Origin: Macrostomum lignano
Lineage: Eukaryota
Assembly (NCBI GenBank): GCA_002269645.1
Contig: NIVC01004756.1
Span: forward strand, 1-35,865
DNA length: 35,865 nucleotides
Direction of reading: 5' to 3'
Part shown: one piece after another, positions 31,982 to 35,865 of the stretch
Layout of the letters: each line of letters begins with the position of its first letter
Position numbering within the stretch: the first letter of the stretch is position 1
Notes under the pieces: model-generated
What the model was told of the DNA's origin: nothing
Databases searched by the model: none
What the model saw: only the letters and a program-made list of their open reading frames with translations
Program-made: the position numbers and the translations under genes

Positions 31982-34308
31982 TCTTTGCGTGGATTCTACT
32001 CAGGCTAAAGACTTTCTGAGTGACCCTCGCATAGTGCAGTACAGTGAGCAAAAAGTCACTTGGCATCAATCCTATTTAACACAGGTTATTTCGAATCAAG
32101 CTACAGGTACGAGTACTGAAGCTGTGACATTTAAAAGTCCAGATCGAGAAGCAAACAGCAAATTTTCTCTGTGGTTGATGTACCAGCTCAAGTCGAGAAA
32201 TTTTGAGCAAATAATCAACGTAGAGTAGTAGTTCGAAGAACAAATGTACGAGTAGTTTTGTAGTCTAAACTTTTTTTGTAACTCCGTCACGACGAATAGA
32301 GGTTTTACAGACAGTAGTAAACAACATCAAATGTAGCTCGTAGCATGATGCTGGATGCTGGACTTTCTGCATCTCCGGGGTTTCACCACAGACAAACAAA
32401 GGCGAGAAAAGTCATAATAGAGAAAAAGTACACTATAGAGATAGGGACAAACTGAAATTTTGAGGCCATGTTTTGTTTGTTTGCCCGTCTCCCCTTAGCA
32501 TTTGTTTGCATTTGTTTGCTAACATACTTGCTTGATTCGCAATTTGTAAGTAAACAATTGCTTAATTTTATGTAAGAATTAATAAATATTGAGTTTCCTA
32601 TCTTCTTAGTGTATTTTGCAGCTATAGAGCCACCTCCAGTAAGATCTGTCAATGTACTTTTCCTGTCCAAGAGCGGCTAACCGTGGCTGATTCTGCCTAA
32701 CCTGCAGGACTAGAGACTCCCGCTAATTAGCTAGGAAAAAGTACTGAGGACAAACACAAGCTCCCAGCCTAGCAGACACAACTGGGAGTGTCAACCAAAA
32801 GAATTTTGCTTCTGTGAGGAAAAGTCCATAGAAAGAATTTTTTGTCTCCTCCGACAACAAACTGTTGCCTTGGCTGCAGGTGCAGTTGCATTAAGGATCT
32901 GCGAACCAATCTAAATTGCAGGGGGCCACGTGAGGCATTTATTAAGTATTCATCCAATTATAAAATTGCCAGACCCACCGCCCTTGAAGATCCACCCAGG
33001 TTCTGACACGTGCACTGCACAACTGAGAAAAATCTCATTAACTATACCAGCTAACAAAGCTTAAAAACTGCCACACTGGCTAGAAGGAAATCTTCATTGC
33101 AATTGGACATTGGCAGTACAGTGAAAGCTATCATCTGATCCTCCCAAAATCAGGAAAAACATGCTTGGCTTCAGGTTCCTGTGCAACTTTCTATTGACTG
33201 TGACGGTGCTTATGCTTCTGGGTGAGTCTTGAATCATTACAGAATTAAGACTGTGAATGTCCTGACGTTGTTGCTCGCGGCAACTCGAAGTGTTGGCTAC
33301 ATAAACATGGTAGGTTCTGGTAAGTTGGCTAGTTAAGCGCCAGCTGTACAGGAATACGTGCTAAGGTGCTGAGTTGACAAGGCTCACGGGGAATTGCTGA
33401 AATGCTGCATCAAGCATTTCTTTGCATAATTTCTTTGCTGCCTCCCCAACGGGGGGGCGGAGATTGCCAGCACCTTTGCTAAAGTGTTGCATATTCATTA
33501 TTTTTGCATTCCACGATCATAAACGACCATTCAACCGTTTGTCTGTCACTTTTTGCAGCTTTTAACAGACATTTTTAGTATATAGGATTGTTGGCTTGTA
33601 ATTGCAATAAATACAGTATTGCTTCGCGTGTATTGCATTTTAATGATTAAATATACTGTTAAATGCAGGCGGCATCTTCTAGTGGCAATGACAGTCCTAC
33701 TACTCTTCTTTCAACAAATACGAGAGTATGCGTAAATAATATAATATAAGCCTTTGACAGCTTTGGCTGGGGCCATGGACCACTACATGTAGAACTGGAT
33801 TGTAAAAACAGTAACCCATGAAAATACCGAATTTATAGTAGCCACTGCGAGTAGGCATGCGATTGAAGTTTTCAAGGATCTTTATCAGTCATTTTCAATA
33901 ACCAAATATTAACATTCAAGCATGTAGATGTTGAATTGTGACCCTCCATGAGTCCAAGAAGAGGTTGAGCAATTATTAACACACAGAGACTGCGCCTTGG
34001 ATATTTGGATGAGGCGAAACTGACAGCAATTAGCTGTCTGTCAAAGAAGACTGAACCGTTGCTTGCTTGGGAAATTGCTAGTACTCAAGTATGGATCCAG
34101 GGTGCGCCGAAATACCATACTGTATTTGAGTGAGTAGTTGGCAGTTCCAATCCAAGTGTAATAAAAGAGCTCTCATCATAAGAGCTGATGCAAATGCAAA
34201 CTCACAACCATCGGCTCGACTGTTCCTACTTAAAGGAAATCAATGAAGGCACGAGCTACGCATGTTTCACTTCTTCCACTTTCAACTACGGAGCCAAGCG
34301 ACCAATTT

Positions 34309-35783
34309 ATGAAGCTCTTCGGTGGGCTTGTTTTGACTCCCAGCATTGTGCTGATTTTATTCCTAGCTGCCGTGGCAGGTGAGTCAACTCAAACTCCAGT
34401 CTCGATCAGTGCTACAACTGTCTTAAGAGTAGGAAACGTCGCCCACCCATCCCTGTAGGTCAGAACATCTCATGCAGCACCTTCGTGCTCATGGCATACG
34501 GTCCCTACTCCAACCGTTTCATGACCTACGGCTCGGACTCTACCGTGTTCATTTCCGAGTCGGCAAGTGACACGCCATTGCAGATGCAGTTCGAGCGAGC
34601 ACTGGACGGAACGGCCGACGCTGTGTCCATCGTTGATGCTTTGCGACCGAACTTCTACCTGGCCATGGGAGACAGTTGGCTCTACTTGGCCAGATACGAC
34701 AGCGCGGTCGGATTCCAGAAATCGGCGAGCTTCAGAATCGAGGCAGCTGCGGAGTTCTGCAACCACTGGCGCATCGCTCCGCTGAAGTATTCGGGGCAGA
34801 AACTGTGGCATTGGCACTTCATTCTGACGAAGTCCACCTGGACCGATGATGCCATACTCAGGTCCGATTCGGCCTTTGCATTTCACTGCGTCAACTGTGA
34901 GTTTTCATATCTGATAACATTTTCTGTCTACACATATATGGCTTTTTTAAGTTAAGCTGGATTGTGCACCCTTTTTTAATTAGAGGCAGGGGGCTTTGTG
35001 CACCCTGGCGCACTTTAAGCGACATTGTCGCACAACCGGCGAGAGGCATTACTGCCCATTCAGCAGGCACACAAGCCGCGCAGATACGTACGCAGTCATA
35101 CGCACAGGCACACACTCACACAGGAGTGTACAGCGGCCCTAACTTTATTTATCGTTAGACATGTACACTTCACTGTGCCTTGGGGGTTGGCTTTCAAGGC
35201 CGTTAATTGCACGAGCAGAGGCAAGCCGAGATTCCAATTCAGCCCCAAATTAATGTGACTGCACTTGGAATCGAGCCTGGACAAATAGCGCAAGATCACT
35301 AGGCTATCTGAAGGTCAGAAAAAATAACGTCAGCATCTCTTTGCAGTCACTGAAATGTGTCAAAGTCGGCGGATGCGTTTGAAAACAGCTGATGACATTC
35401 GTCTCGAAGGGAGAGTGCTGTTTCCTATCGCCTGAAATATTCGCCACGGTATTCACTGAGCAGCGCCCGCTTGATCAAAGTGCCGCACTCCGTGTCTCTG
35501 AGGTTGGCAGAAAGCCCCAGCTACTTTCTGTTTATGGATTCGAAATGTCTCAGCCTAGCTGAGCTGAGAGCGGCGATGCAGCGTTCAATCAACGCTACTC
35601 TGCGCGATTCACCTACTCAGCTCAGCCTCCGACGAGTGCAGCGGTCGCCGCGCTGCTGCCGCGCGGGTCTGAGCGGCACCGGGATCGGCCGTGACGTCAG
35701 CTTGGGATCGAAAATTGCATCGTTCATTTGGGATCCGAGTCGATATGCCAGTTATTTAGTGCTCAGCCCTGCATGTTTACCGG
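34309..35783 (+). CDS. Secreted protein with tandem AbfB/CBM42-like beta-trefoil domains (3'-incomplete)
   Basis: Exon 34309-34378 encodes signal peptide MKLFGGLVLTPSIVLILFLAAVA. Exon 34459-34896 (438 nt, phase 1-1) has VSIVDALRPNFYLAM..WLYLARYD..GFQKSASF. Exon 35347-35783 (437 nt, phase 1-1, one apparent missing G near 35408) has VSLRLAESPSYFLFM..LSLAEL..NAT. These motifs resemble the AbfB domains of fungal arabinofuranosidase B and otogelin, from memory and not from a search. The donor GTGAGC at 35784 is open. Confidence 0.68.
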
Positions 35784-35865
35784 GTGAGCTGTTCTTTTGA
35801 AAGTTAGTCATATGAGCTTGTCGTAAAATCCAGAACCCTTAGTTTTGACGTCATAAAAATCTCTG

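Larger units (their letters stand above)
30345..32029 (-). mobile_element. Tc1/mariner (DD34D mariner) transposon, decayed, with nested insertion
   Basis: 30-bp TIRs at 30345-30374 and 32000-32029 match at 27/30 positions. Flanks are TA (30343-30344) and CA (30030-style mutated TA at 32030-32031). Length is 1685 bp, or 1363 bp without the nested 322-bp insert, which is typical for a mariner. Confidence 0.93.

Overview
Animal (eukaryotic) genomic DNA with GT-AG introns and GC-rich exons. The style resembles the flatworm Macrostomum lignano, but that is an inference I cannot confirm here. 1-18.5 kb holds two minus-strand multi-exon genes: a 3'-incomplete EDEM3-like GH47 mannosidase with many single-base indels, and an intact ~1040-aa MCF2L/DBS-like RhoGEF (SEC14-spectrin-like-DH-PH-SH3). 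Almost every large intron or intergenic gap there carries its own minisatellite, together about half of that segment. 18.5-24 kb is transposon debris: two strongly CpG-depleted, CTAG/TpA-rich blocks, a hAT MITE with a perfect 8-bp TSD and a Helitron-like element. 25.7-28.2 kb is a disrupted multi-exon gene for a two-TM protein with a Ser/Ala/Pro repeat tail. 29.3-32 kb has (GA)n, a tRNA-derived CORE-type SINE and a decayed mariner containing a second Helitron-like copy. From 34.3 kb a plus-strand gene encodes a secreted protein with tandem AbfB/CBM42-like beta-trefoil exons. No CRISPR, rRNA or bona fide tRNA gene was found. The best novelty candidates are the RIP-like CpG-to-TpA erosion of repeat blocks, the tandem-AbfB secreted protein, and a minisatellite built from a 3' splice junction just upstream of EDEM3. 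All exon boundaries and counts were done by hand.
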